Below are positions 1-7,796 of a DNA stretch of 28,840 bases, piece after piece. The translations under genes and the position numbers were made by a program. The stretch spans positions 1-28,840 of IMG/VR virus record IMGVR_UViG_3300012665_000317. One strand, written 5' to 3'. The stretch is from a virus. Its lineage: Duplodnaviria; Caudoviricetes. The notes under the pieces were generated by a model. It searched no databases, was not told the origin of the DNA, and saw only the letters and a program-made list of their open reading frames with translations. The stretch's first letter is position 1, and the number at the start of each line of letters is the position of its first letter.

Positions 1-19
1 AACTTGTTGGTAATGTATT

Positions 20-838
20 TCATCGTGGTGCAAACTCTTGTTGTAGTTTGATATTGTCAAAGAATTCTTTCTTTGTATGCGGATCAGTATTAAATGCACC
101 TTTCAATACTGTAGTCTGCGTTAGACTAGAGTGTGCCATAATGCCGCGATTCTCACAGCAACCGTGCGTGGCTTGAACGTATACAGCTACGTTTTCACTG
201 TCGGTTGCTCGACTGATTTCACGGGCAATGTCATTGCAGAGTTCTTCCTGTAGCGTACCACGACGAGCACACCACTGAGCAATACGAGTGTACTTGCTAA
301 GGCCAATGAGCTTTTGAGCGGCAATAATCCCGATATAAGCAACGCCACTGACAGGTTGGTGGTGATGACTGCACATACTGCGAAGCTCACTACGTACCAC
401 AAGCATTCCTTCGTATCGGTCTTTGCTATCGTTTGGAAATGCGGTTGCGTCTGGTGCTGATTCATATCTTCCTGCCATTATTTCGTTGAAATACATTTTA
501 GCCAGTCTACGTGCTGTGCCTTTTGAGTTTGGATCTGTTTCTCTATCAATAAGTAATCGATCTAATACTGTTTCAAATGCTTCTGTTGCTTCATCAATTA
601 GTTTTTCTACATCGCCTTCGTGCAAGTAGTCACTGATGTTATCACCTGCCCAGAAACGCTTATTGTCACGTTTCATTTTAGTACGAATCACATCTGCAAA
701 ATATGCTTCTTGATAACCTTTGTCAGACATGTCTTCGCCTGCTTTTACATATACCTCATGTTTCAAAGGTACAAAATTATCTGGTTTAAATTCTGCTGGG
801 GGTTTAAGTGCAGTATCTGATATAAATTTGTTTGTCAA
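20..838 (-). CDS. folE: GTP cyclohydrolase I (first step of 7-deazaguanine/pterin synthesis), with N-terminal extension
   Basis: Motifs TARRLAKMY, SMCSHHHQP (Zn ligands), IGLSKYTR, LQEEL, ATHGCCENRG; TTG start preceded by GGAG. Confidence 0.95.
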   Translation of the reverse strand: MTNKFISDTALKPPAEFKPDNFVPLKHEVYVKAGEDMSDKGYQEAYFADVIRTKMKRDNKRFWAGDNISDYLHEGDVEKLIDEATEAFETVLDRLLIDRETDPNSKGTARRLAKMYFNEIMAGRYESAPDATAFPNDSKDRYEGMLVVRSELRSMCSHHHQPVSGVAYIGIIAAQKLIGLSKYTRIAQWCARRGTLQEELCNDIAREISRATDSENVAVYVQATHGCCENRGIMAHSSLTQTTVLKGAFNTDPHTKKEFFDNIKLQQEFAPR

Positions 839-878
839 TTATTATTCTCCGAGTTATTGTCGTGGATGACTATTGTAC

Positions 879-907
879 ATTGTACTAGATTATTTAGGTT
901 TTTGCAA
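879..907 (-). promoter_or_regulatory. sigma70-type promoter for folE
   Basis: Minus strand TTGCAA (907-902) - 17 nt - TACAAT (884-879). Confidence 0.55.
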
Positions 908-1681
908 CCTAAATAGGATATTTTTCTTAATTGCAGACTTCAATACGCTCAATTGTATGCCTAGCTTGCCTGCATACTTTACCCAAGCGGTAGTGTCTTT
1001 TGGAAAACACATACCACCAAATCCATAGTATCCATCTGGACCGGGTACTTGCATATGACTCAACCCAATACGGTTGTCTTCTGCTAGATACATTCTAATG
1101 GTATCCCACCGGTATCCATGCGCTACTGCTAGCTCGCTCATCTCATTCATAAACACCACCTTAGTGGCTAGATATGAGTTGATTGTATATTTGACAAAGG
1201 CAGCTTCGCCTATTGAACAATGCTCTACCATTGTTATGGGCTGTACTAGTTTAATAATACGTTCTGCTTCATTTCTATAGGCAGCAATCTTACCACCTAT
1301 GATAGCATTAGCTTCTTTGAGATAGTCTTGATTAGCCCTAGCCGCAGTTAGGAACTCTGGTATGTGTACTAGATTAGGATAGACTGCCTGCATCTTTTCG
1401 TAGAACTGCGGCGTAGCAGTGGTCTTACTGATGATTACATTTTTATAATCCTGCAACATATACAATACAGAGTTTAGTATACTAGTATCGCACTCTCCGG
1501 AGTCTTTTGATGGACTGGGTACACAGACAAACACAGCTTCGCAGTCTTGTAAATCTGCATAAGTACCTGTAGATTTTTTTGGATCAATGTCTACAACTAT
1601 TACGTCAGTAAACATAGTTTCATATGCATTGAGTACAGCTTCCCCAACAAAGCCTAATCCGACAATACCTATTTTAGTCAT
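890..1681 (-). CDS. UDP-glucose/GDP-mannose 6-dehydrogenase family, short form lacking the C-terminal domain
   Basis: GLGFVG Rossmann motif, CVPSP, KTT, PEFL, KYTINSYLA, GFGGMCFPKD (catalytic Cys); only 263 aa. Confidence 0.85.
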   Translation of the reverse strand: MTKIGIVGLGFVGEAVLNAYETMFTDVIVVDIDPKKSTGTYADLQDCEAVFVCVPSPSKDSGECDTSILNSVLYMLQDYKNVIISKTTATPQFYEKMQAVYPNLVHIPEFLTAARANQDYLKEANAIIGGKIAAYRNEAERIIKLVQPITMVEHCSIGEAAFVKYTINSYLATKVVFMNEMSELAVAHGYRWDTIRMYLAEDNRIGLSHMQVPGPDGYYGFGGMCFPKDTTAWVKYAGKLGIQLSVLKSAIKKNILFRLQKPK

Positions 1682-1923
1682 ATAACCTCACTTAACAATA
1701 TACGACACAATTTTGCATCTTTTATTGATTTAAAAATAAAAATCATATAATCTTCTTTTGGTCTGTAGTAAAATCTCTCACCTGGTAATCCAAATACTGA
1801 TAATACTTTGGCGCATGTCTCGTTCCATCCGTATGCAACATTGATACCGTGTCCCCAATCAACTTTTACAATCTGGTCTGAATTAGTAATATTAGTCCAC
1901 CAAGTCTTTTCTAAAGTGATCAT
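1678..1923 (-). CDS. hypothetical protein
   Basis: 81 aa; ATGA overlaps with both neighbours. Confidence 0.7.
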   Translation of the reverse strand: MITLEKTWWTNITNSDQIVKVDWGHGINVAYGWNETCAKVLSVFGLPGERFYYRPKEDYMIFIFKSIKDAKLCRILLSEVI

Positions 1924-2291
1924 TTACGATAATTACCTTTTTCTGGTATAACGTGTCTAACCCCGCCACGTGGATCTTCCATATCACCTTTTCGACGTGG
2001 GATCATATGTACATGGGGATACATTACTGTTTGTCCAGCTGACTCGCCGATATTTTGACCGATGTTAAAGCCATCCCATTTTTCTGCTTCAACCCCTTCG
2101 AATCCGAATTTGTAGGCTGCTTTGTAGCACTCCCAGAGATTGTTACTTTGTTCTTGGGTAGGCACAAAAAGCAAATGCCCTTGGGTAACTGGATATGCAT
2201 CTCTGAATATCCAAAAGTCTTTTGTTCTAAATTCAATTTCTGTCCACGGAGCTCGTTTTTCATTTAATGCCTTTTCTAAATCAGTTGTCAT
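1920..2291 (-). CDS. HIT family nucleotide hydrolase
   Basis: DAYPVTQGHLLFVP, GFNIGQNIGESAGQTVMYPHVHMIPR, GDMEDPRGGVR. Confidence 0.92.
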   Translation of the reverse strand: MTTDLEKALNEKRAPWTEIEFRTKDFWIFRDAYPVTQGHLLFVPTQEQSNNLWECYKAAYKFGFEGVEAEKWDGFNIGQNIGESAGQTVMYPHVHMIPRRKGDMEDPRGGVRHVIPEKGNYRK

Positions 2292-2653
2292 TCTTCACCT
2301 TTGATACGATCCCACGTTCTATATTTTTCTAATTCATTTATATATTGATCATAGAGCTTTTTCAGCTTTGGATGTTTCTTCTCTAGTTTAACATCTCTCT
2401 CAGGAATACGCAAGACCTTTTCAATTGTGGTTAACCGTTCTTCTACGTCTTGTCCGTTAAGTACCATTCGACCTTTAACTTCTAATTCTGGTGGATTGTT
2501 ATGAACAATCATAACATTGTCAGCTGATTTAACCCAACTGGTACCGTTAGACCCGGTTGTTAAAAACTGTCCTGCTGTAGTTATAGTATTGGTAGTATAA
2601 AGCGGTTCCAGCGTGTTAAGTGCTGATTTTGCGTTGTTGTAAGTAGTCACCAT
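2288..2653 (-). CDS. hypothetical protein (Thr-rich N-terminus, helical C-terminus)
   Basis: 121 aa ORF, coupled to HIT gene. Confidence 0.7.
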   Translation of the reverse strand: MVTTYNNAKSALNTLEPLYTTNTITTAGQFLTTGSNGTSWVKSADNVMIVHNNPPELEVKGRMVLNGQDVEERLTTIEKVLRIPERDVKLEKKHPKLKKLYDQYINELEKYRTWDRIKGEE

Positions 2654-3101
2654 TTGGTATCCATTTATTTTTTACAAGAAATCCCCACTCACGCTTTTGC
2701 GGGCCTGGCATAAACATTGTCCAACATTCTACGCTAGGGTCAAGCTCAATACGATGATAGCTAGTAGCGCCACATACACGAAAACTGCCGGGTCCTCTCC
2801 ATGTAACCGTTTCAGCGATCTGTTTACCTGCTGAGTCAAAGACAGGAGTCCATTCATAGTATCCACCTTTTAAAATTAGAGTAGCATAAGGCCATGGATG
2901 ATCATGCACATCATCGGGGTCTGATTTAAGAAACTTGTGCAGAAACACATTAAACGGAAACCATGTTCTGTCCTTAAGGAAAACGTAGTATCGTTCGAGG
3001 TATGGATCATTGTCCACACGGTCCATAATAATTCTTTTACGATCATTGCGTTCTAACAAATTAAAGAATTTATTTTTTAGGAACTGGATTATCATAATCA
3101 T
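2616..3101 (-). CDS. cupin-fold metal-binding protein
   Basis: DVHDHPW...ILKGGYYE (cupin motif 1) and YHRIEL (motif 2); exact start uncertain. Confidence 0.75.
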   Translation of the reverse strand: MIMIIQFLKNKFFNLLERNDRKRIIMDRVDNDPYLERYYVFLKDRTWFPFNVFLHKFLKSDPDDVHDHPWPYATLILKGGYYEWTPVFDSAGKQIAETVTWRGPGSFRVCGATSYHRIELDPSVECWTMFMPGPQKREWGFLVKNKWIPNGDYLQQRKIST

Positions 3102-3444
3102 CCTTTACTAATTGATAAACAGTTTGAAAATTTCTAAATGCTATTTCTAAACCTGGGTACTTTTTACACATATCTTCTACTCTATCCCAGTCTGGAAAAC
3201 AATCAACCCATTCCTTTGGCAGATTAAAAGTAAATGAGCTACTATCGATTGTTATAGTGTCAATACCACTAGTATAGGTAGTACTACTAATAGGAGGACA
3301 CATTGTTATAGTTGATATTGTATTAGAGTTATAACTATAAGAATAGTCACTCATACTACTAGTTGTAGTAGCATCTGACAAATCTATAGTTAGATTTTTA
3401 AGTAAATCGTCTAACGAGGTCTGTTGCTGAGAAGAATTGCTCAT
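3070..3444 (-). CDS. hypothetical protein (Ser/Thr-rich N-terminus, helical C-terminus)
   Basis: 124 aa ORF; GGAGG upstream of the ATG. Confidence 0.7.
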   Translation of the reverse strand: MSNSSQQQTSLDDLLKNLTIDLSDATTTSSMSDYSYSYNSNTISTITMCPPISSTTYTSGIDTITIDSSSFTFNLPKEWVDCFPDWDRVEDMCKKYPGLEIAFRNFQTVYQLVKDDYDNPVPKK

Positions 3445-4498
3445 GTAGAGCCTCCGTTTGTTTTTTCAGCATAGGCAATCTAGTTTTGTAATTGTCCATA
3501 TGTGATATAATAGCACGACACAAATCGGGCCGATAAGCGGTGTAAGTATCATAGTCCTCAGTCCACTTGCTAGGATATTTGAATGTATCAACATACATCT
3601 CACTGTAGCTTAGTCTATCCGGAACCATAGGTATAGCATCTACTATAGCACCTTCGTAACAACTAATGCCAAGTGTTTCTTGTAGGTTAGCACTAAACAC
3701 TAGTTTAGCTTCGCCTAATAAATTATGGTATTCATTTTTTGTTAGTTGTTGATCCTGACACACAACAAACTCGTATTGAGGTAACCAGTGTTTTAAATCT
3801 CTAAAGATTTCAACCTGCTTCTCTGGAGCAATACGATGCGGGAATAATATAAGATCACGTTTAGGCATATTTTTGTATGCTGTTAACGTAGTATCCATAT
3901 ACCCCATAGGCCAACCGGTTCGAACTATTTTGGAAAATCTTCCTTCAAGAGCTTCCCGTAGATCATCTTCAAACCATGGATTTTCTGCAACCATACCGTC
4001 GTTAAGCAGGTTACGCATAAACAACTCAATATGAAAATCTGTAGCAAAGTAATTATGGTCAAAAGCGTGGTAGAAACTCTTCTCAGCATGTCTAACCCAA
4101 GGCTTGTTGCCAACTAAGCGACCTAGGAAGTCTTGAGGATCATAACTACCAGCATGCCATAAACCGTGAGTGACTACAGGAATACCTAGTAGCTCACTCA
4201 TGTACTTTAGGTTAATGATGCCTGGATGCCAAGCGTCAGTAAACAAAAAATGATCGCCAGTCTTGACGGATCCTGCACAAAAAAGTCTTCCAAGCTGTTC
4301 AACTTGGCTTGCCTTATAGATATTAGTGCCCCCAAAATTGAGAAATGCACCAGGAGTAGTGGCGCTAGGAATATCGCTAGGGCCCGATATAATGTTGACA
4401 TTGTGTCCTGCCTTTCGTAAAAGTGCAGGTACATGAGTCTTCCATTGACCCGTGTACCTTGTCTCAACTGATTCTAGATCAACGAGAAAAATTGTCAT
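3398..4498 (-). CDS. GT-B fold (GT4-like) glycosyltransferase
   Basis: Likely start MTIFLVDLE at 4498. C-terminal FPHRIAPEKQ and SANLQETLGISCYEG (E-x7-E type), IPMVPDRLSYSE. Confidence 0.82.
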   Translation of the reverse strand: MTIFLVDLESVETRYTGQWKTHVPALLRKAGHNVNIISGPSDIPSATTPGAFLNFGGTNIYKASQVEQLGRLFCAGSVKTGDHFLFTDAWHPGIINLKYMSELLGIPVVTHGLWHAGSYDPQDFLGRLVGNKPWVRHAEKSFYHAFDHNYFATDFHIELFMRNLLNDGMVAENPWFEDDLREALEGRFSKIVRTGWPMGYMDTTLTAYKNMPKRDLILFPHRIAPEKQVEIFRDLKHWLPQYEFVVCQDQQLTKNEYHNLLGEAKLVFSANLQETLGISCYEGAIVDAIPMVPDRLSYSEMYVDTFKYPSKWTEDYDTYTAYRPDLCRAIISHMDNYKTRLPMLKKQTEALHEQFFSATDLVRRFT

Positions 4499-4739
4499 TG
4501 CGTTGACGATAGTTATTGTTGCTGCCACCACTGCGATTATATTCGCCTCGTGGCTTACGTGGGCGTGTACTATAATAATAGTTGTTCCAAATCTGGTTGT
4601 CTCTATTGTAGAGATTAGCCTCATTAAAATCACACAGTTCAAAGCGACAGAAGTCTTTAAACTTTTCCAAATCATCAAAGATTTTAACAATCTCGGGTTT
4701 AGCTTCCCAATAGTTAACATCGCGATAGTTCTTAGCCAT
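4479..4739 (-). CDS. hypothetical protein with Arg/Asn-rich tail
   Basis: 86 aa; AAGGA SD upstream; occupies the region spanned by the spurious GT extension. Confidence 0.75.
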   Translation of the reverse strand: MAKNYRDVNYWEAKPEIVKIFDDLEKFKDFCRFELCDFNEANLYNRDNQIWNNYYYSTRPRKPRGEYNRSGGSNNNYRQRNDNFSR

Positions 4740-4750
4740 TATAGCTTTCC

Positions 4751-5140
4751 TTAATATTTAATAAATGAACCATTTTCTCCGTCTTCGGAGACCTCAATCC
4801 AAACCTCACGGCCTGGATACTTTGTAGAGATAGCGTCAAACAAATCGCCTGACATCATCTCACAACTCTTAAAGTCTAAACTTAGTGTAGCATCTTTATA
4901 AAGATTTAGCAACCATCGTTTGAACTGAATAAACTCAATATCACGATCATCGTGTGTAACACCAATCCAAACTTTAAAGTGGAAGATGTGACGATGCGGA
5001 TAGCCCAGGAAACTTACATCATACTCGTCACCTGTAGCAAGTGCTGGATCTGTAAGTGCGGCTGGATATTTGTGCATACCTTCTTTGTTAAAGGTAACCC
5101 AAATCATTTTATTTGGACGATGGTCTTGTCTAATAATCAT
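4751..5140 (-). CDS. QueD/6-pyruvoyltetrahydropterin synthase-like T-fold protein (divergent)
   Basis: 129 aa; H...YPHRHIFHFKVWI, IEFIQFK, SCEMM, VWIEVSEDGENG match the PTPS layout; context with folE and dpdA. Canonical CxxxHGH is absent. Confidence 0.62.
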   Translation of the reverse strand: MIIRQDHRPNKMIWVTFNKEGMHKYPAALTDPALATGDEYDVSFLGYPHRHIFHFKVWIGVTHDDRDIEFIQFKRWLLNLYKDATLSLDFKSCEMMSGDLFDAISTKYPGREVWIEVSEDGENGSFIKY

Positions 5141-5340
5141 TTTACAATCGCCTTTGACATTATATCAAGATCGGCTTGATTCATAAAAAACTCGTAAGTT
5201 GATTCTTGATCAATGTTACCGTTTTTATCTTTAGTTGATTGAATAAAGTGTACTGCAAATAAATCTTGCGGAGATAAACAATTCCATTTCTTAACACGAA
5301 GTTGAAATGCTTCAGTGTCTTTTACAATAATTTCTGTCAT
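5137..5340 (-). CDS. hypothetical protein
   Basis: 67 aa; ATGA overlaps on both sides. Confidence 0.7.
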   Translation of the reverse strand: MTEIIVKDTEAFQLRVKKWNCLSPQDLFAVHFIQSTKDKNGNIDQESTYEFFMNQADLDIMSKAIVK

Positions 5341-5885
5341 TTTACAATCTCATCGTTTTTGTATTGATTCCAGTCTGTAAACTTACTGCGATCCATTAGT
5401 GTATGTAGACTGTGGGACCATACACCGGGATTAGTTGCCTTAAAATCTTTGTCGTCTATTTTAAGCATTGTATTATAATTCCACAATTTAATGTAAGGAA
5501 TTGGCACTCTTATTTGTGGAATAAAGTTCAAGTGTTCGTTTAACCCGCCATCATGGAATTCTTCTACTGCACTTAACGGAATGTCAAGACTGCAGAGTAA
5601 TCCTTTTTGTAGAAAGTATTCAATCATACCTTCCCAACGTCCCCAATCGTCCGGGTCGTTATGTTTTGGATTAAAACTGTGATTAGCACCAAAGAAGATA
5701 TGCTCAATATGTTTAGTAGAGTTTTCGAAGGAATTAAAGTCATCTAACCAGTCTTGAATTTCTGTAATAGGTTGTATACCAGTTACAAATAATGTGCGCA
5801 TACCAAACGCAGGAGTATGTTCAATTTCTACTCCAGTAAAAAATGTTACATCATCTTTAATACCAGTTCCGTAATCACGCTTCAT
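5337..5885 (-). CDS. hypothetical protein in the dpdA cluster
   Basis: 182 aa globular-looking ORF (EIEHTPAFG, HIFFGANHSF, KIDDKDFKATNPGVW). Confidence 0.8.
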   Translation of the reverse strand: MKRDYGTGIKDDVTFFTGVEIEHTPAFGMRTLFVTGIQPITEIQDWLDDFNSFENSTKHIEHIFFGANHSFNPKHNDPDDWGRWEGMIEYFLQKGLLCSLDIPLSAVEEFHDGGLNEHLNFIPQIRVPIPYIKLWNYNTMLKIDDKDFKATNPGVWSHSLHTLMDRSKFTDWNQYKNDEIVK

Positions 5886-6117
5886 TTTTCTTTTCTTCGT
5901 AAAGTTTAAACATTCGAGTTACATCTTCCATACGTTCTTGAAATACATGTGGAGCCAATTCACTTGCCGCTTTCATATCCCATTCACTAGGATAATGACG
6001 CAAACAATATCTAGCACTATCTTTAATTGCTTTAGGAACGCGAGGCGTAGACAGAATCTCAAGTAAAAACTTTTGAGTCTGTACTACAGCACGATATCTT
6101 TCGTCGGGTAATGTCAT
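5875..6117 (-). CDS. small protein resembling the BPSL0761 family
   Basis: MTLPDERYRAV...FL...ARYCLRHYPS pattern recognised from memory. Confidence 0.6.
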   Translation of the reverse strand: MTLPDERYRAVVQTQKFLLEILSTPRVPKAIKDSARYCLRHYPSEWDMKAASELAPHVFQERMEDVTRMFKLYEEKKNEA

Positions 6118-7796
6118 TCAAATAAACTATCAAAAGTTGTAACAACGGGTTCTTGTGGTTTAGCTATTCTTAAATCGGAAAAATCCGCAGTAGGAATACC
6201 AAATTCTTCAGCCTTAGTATGTGCATTGACAGTCTTCTTGCCAGTTGCACCACGTGTGCCGATAATAGTCATCCAAAACTTACTGTAATACTCAACGATT
6301 GCATTAGCATCGTCTCTGTTATCACAAGCAAAGATTGCATCGACTATGTCCTTATAATACACTCTATCAAAGCGTTCGTCAACTAACATGGCAGGCAATT
6401 TGCCCAAATCATATTGTCGATTGGCTTCTTGTACAGCATTAAGGTGCATCCAAACATTATGACCCATCATTAGTGCATAGCTAAATGAATCCCAACTAGT
6501 AGAGCCTTCCTTACCATTCTTATTTAGGTCGCCTGGTGCATAGATACAAATTTCTTTCATCTGCATTTGATCAATAATTGGACTTGATTCGAACTTCTCA
6601 AATATCTTATCCTGCAATACTGCATCTTTAAACAAGCGACTGTCAGTAGCATACTTCTTATCATCCGCACTTGCTTGCATACGATAGACCCATTTAGTGC
6701 GATCTTCAGTTTCTGTGTTGATATAAATCTGACCATTGGCAGTAGCTAGGAACGGACTAGCACAGTCAAACGATATAGTAAAGTCTGGATTGTGATACTT
6801 GCGTACAGCACGTTGAATGTCTGTTAGTAGCACAGCCCATTCGAGTTTACTGGTACCTAAGAAGTGCATCCAATCATGTTGACCCTGTTCCAGTAATCCG
6901 TCAAAGCGTAGAGCTACTAGGCGTTTGAGTACAAGGTGAATATCACACATGTTCTGTCCGCCCATGCCCCAACCATTAAATGCTTTGTCACCGTAGACCT
7001 TAGTATCACAAAAGTCTTTAACCTGTTGATACCAATCATCTGCTTGATCGTGTGTTTCACCTTGTAGAACGTTTAAGAACTTGCAGTTACCATTACGATG
7101 TTTAATAAAGTATTCGTTATTAAAACGTGTAGCATTTACTGCCTGTTGATACGACTCAATACCAGTAGCTTTACGTCCAGCAGGACTACGTTCTACCCAA
7201 GCTGGAATATCAAGCACCATGCCGTAGTCCATCAAGGTGTCCATCCAAGTTAATACTTGTTCACGTTTCTTCTGCGCGGCATCTAAACGAGCTTGATAAA
7301 GTTTAGGATGATCAATCTTAGTATATTTAGGATTACCATTCTTATCAGTCTTAGGATGACCTGTAGGATGTACTTGTGGAACTAGCTCAACACCTTTGGC
7401 ATTGACTTCTGCCCACATGGCAGCAACTTCTGGGCCTGTAGGATCACGCCACTCACCTTCCCATACACCCTTACCAATCTGGAATCCGCCCGAGTCACCT
7501 AATACCCAACTAGTACTGCGGTCTCTATTACGGAACATGTCCTCAGTTTCATCTGGCTTAGTGAGATCTAAGTTAGCATGTCCTGCAGAGTATAGGCAAT
7601 GATCAAAGTAAAATGCACCTTTATCTGGATTTAGATAATTGAGACTTTCTACACCATTGGCTAAACTTGGTGGTATACGTGCAGGATCTACATAATTGCC
7701 GTATCTTTGTTTTCCGATAAACGTACTATAAAAGCCAGATGTTGCTGGCAAGAAGTATGCGTAATCGCTTTGTGTTGCTGTTAAATTTTTATTCAT
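6114..7796 (-). CDS. dpdA: DpdA (probably DpdA2-type) TGT-like 7-deazaguanine DNA transglycosylase
   Basis: TGT motifs GDSGGFQ, VLDIP, NVLQG, GWGMGG, HFLGTS, SFDCASP; no CxCxxC zinc site; clustered with folE/queD-like genes next to replication genes. Confidence 0.8.
   Translation of the reverse strand: MNKNLTATQSDYAYFLPATSGFYSTFIGKQRYGNYVDPARIPPSLANGVESLNYLNPDKGAFYFDHCLYSAGHANLDLTKPDETEDMFRNRDRSTSWVLGDSGGFQIGKGVWEGEWRDPTGPEVAAMWAEVNAKGVELVPQVHPTGHPKTDKNGNPKYTKIDHPKLYQARLDAAQKKREQVLTWMDTLMDYGMVLDIPAWVERSPAGRKATGIESYQQAVNATRFNNEYFIKHRNGNCKFLNVLQGETHDQADDWYQQVKDFCDTKVYGDKAFNGWGMGGQNMCDIHLVLKRLVALRFDGLLEQGQHDWMHFLGTSKLEWAVLLTDIQRAVRKYHNPDFTISFDCASPFLATANGQIYINTETEDRTKWVYRMQASADDKKYATDSRLFKDAVLQDKIFEKFESSPIIDQMQMKEICIYAPGDLNKNGKEGSTSWDSFSYALMMGHNVWMHLNAVQEANRQYDLGKLPAMLVDERFDRVYYKDIVDAIFACDNRDDANAIVEYYSKFWMTIIGTRGATGKKTVNAHTKAEEFGIPTADFSDLRIAKPQEPVVTTFDSLFE

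Noticed and set aside
4499-4720. 74-aa N-terminal extension of the glycosyltransferase
   Set aside because: It overlaps the 86-aa gene that has its own SD; the ATG at 4498 gives a normal GT start.
6114-7796. Canonical tRNA-guanine transglycosylase (tgt)
   Set aside because: Larger, lacks the CxCxxC/H zinc site, and sits in a DNA replication operon with a clamp-like tail; a tRNA target is not formally excluded.
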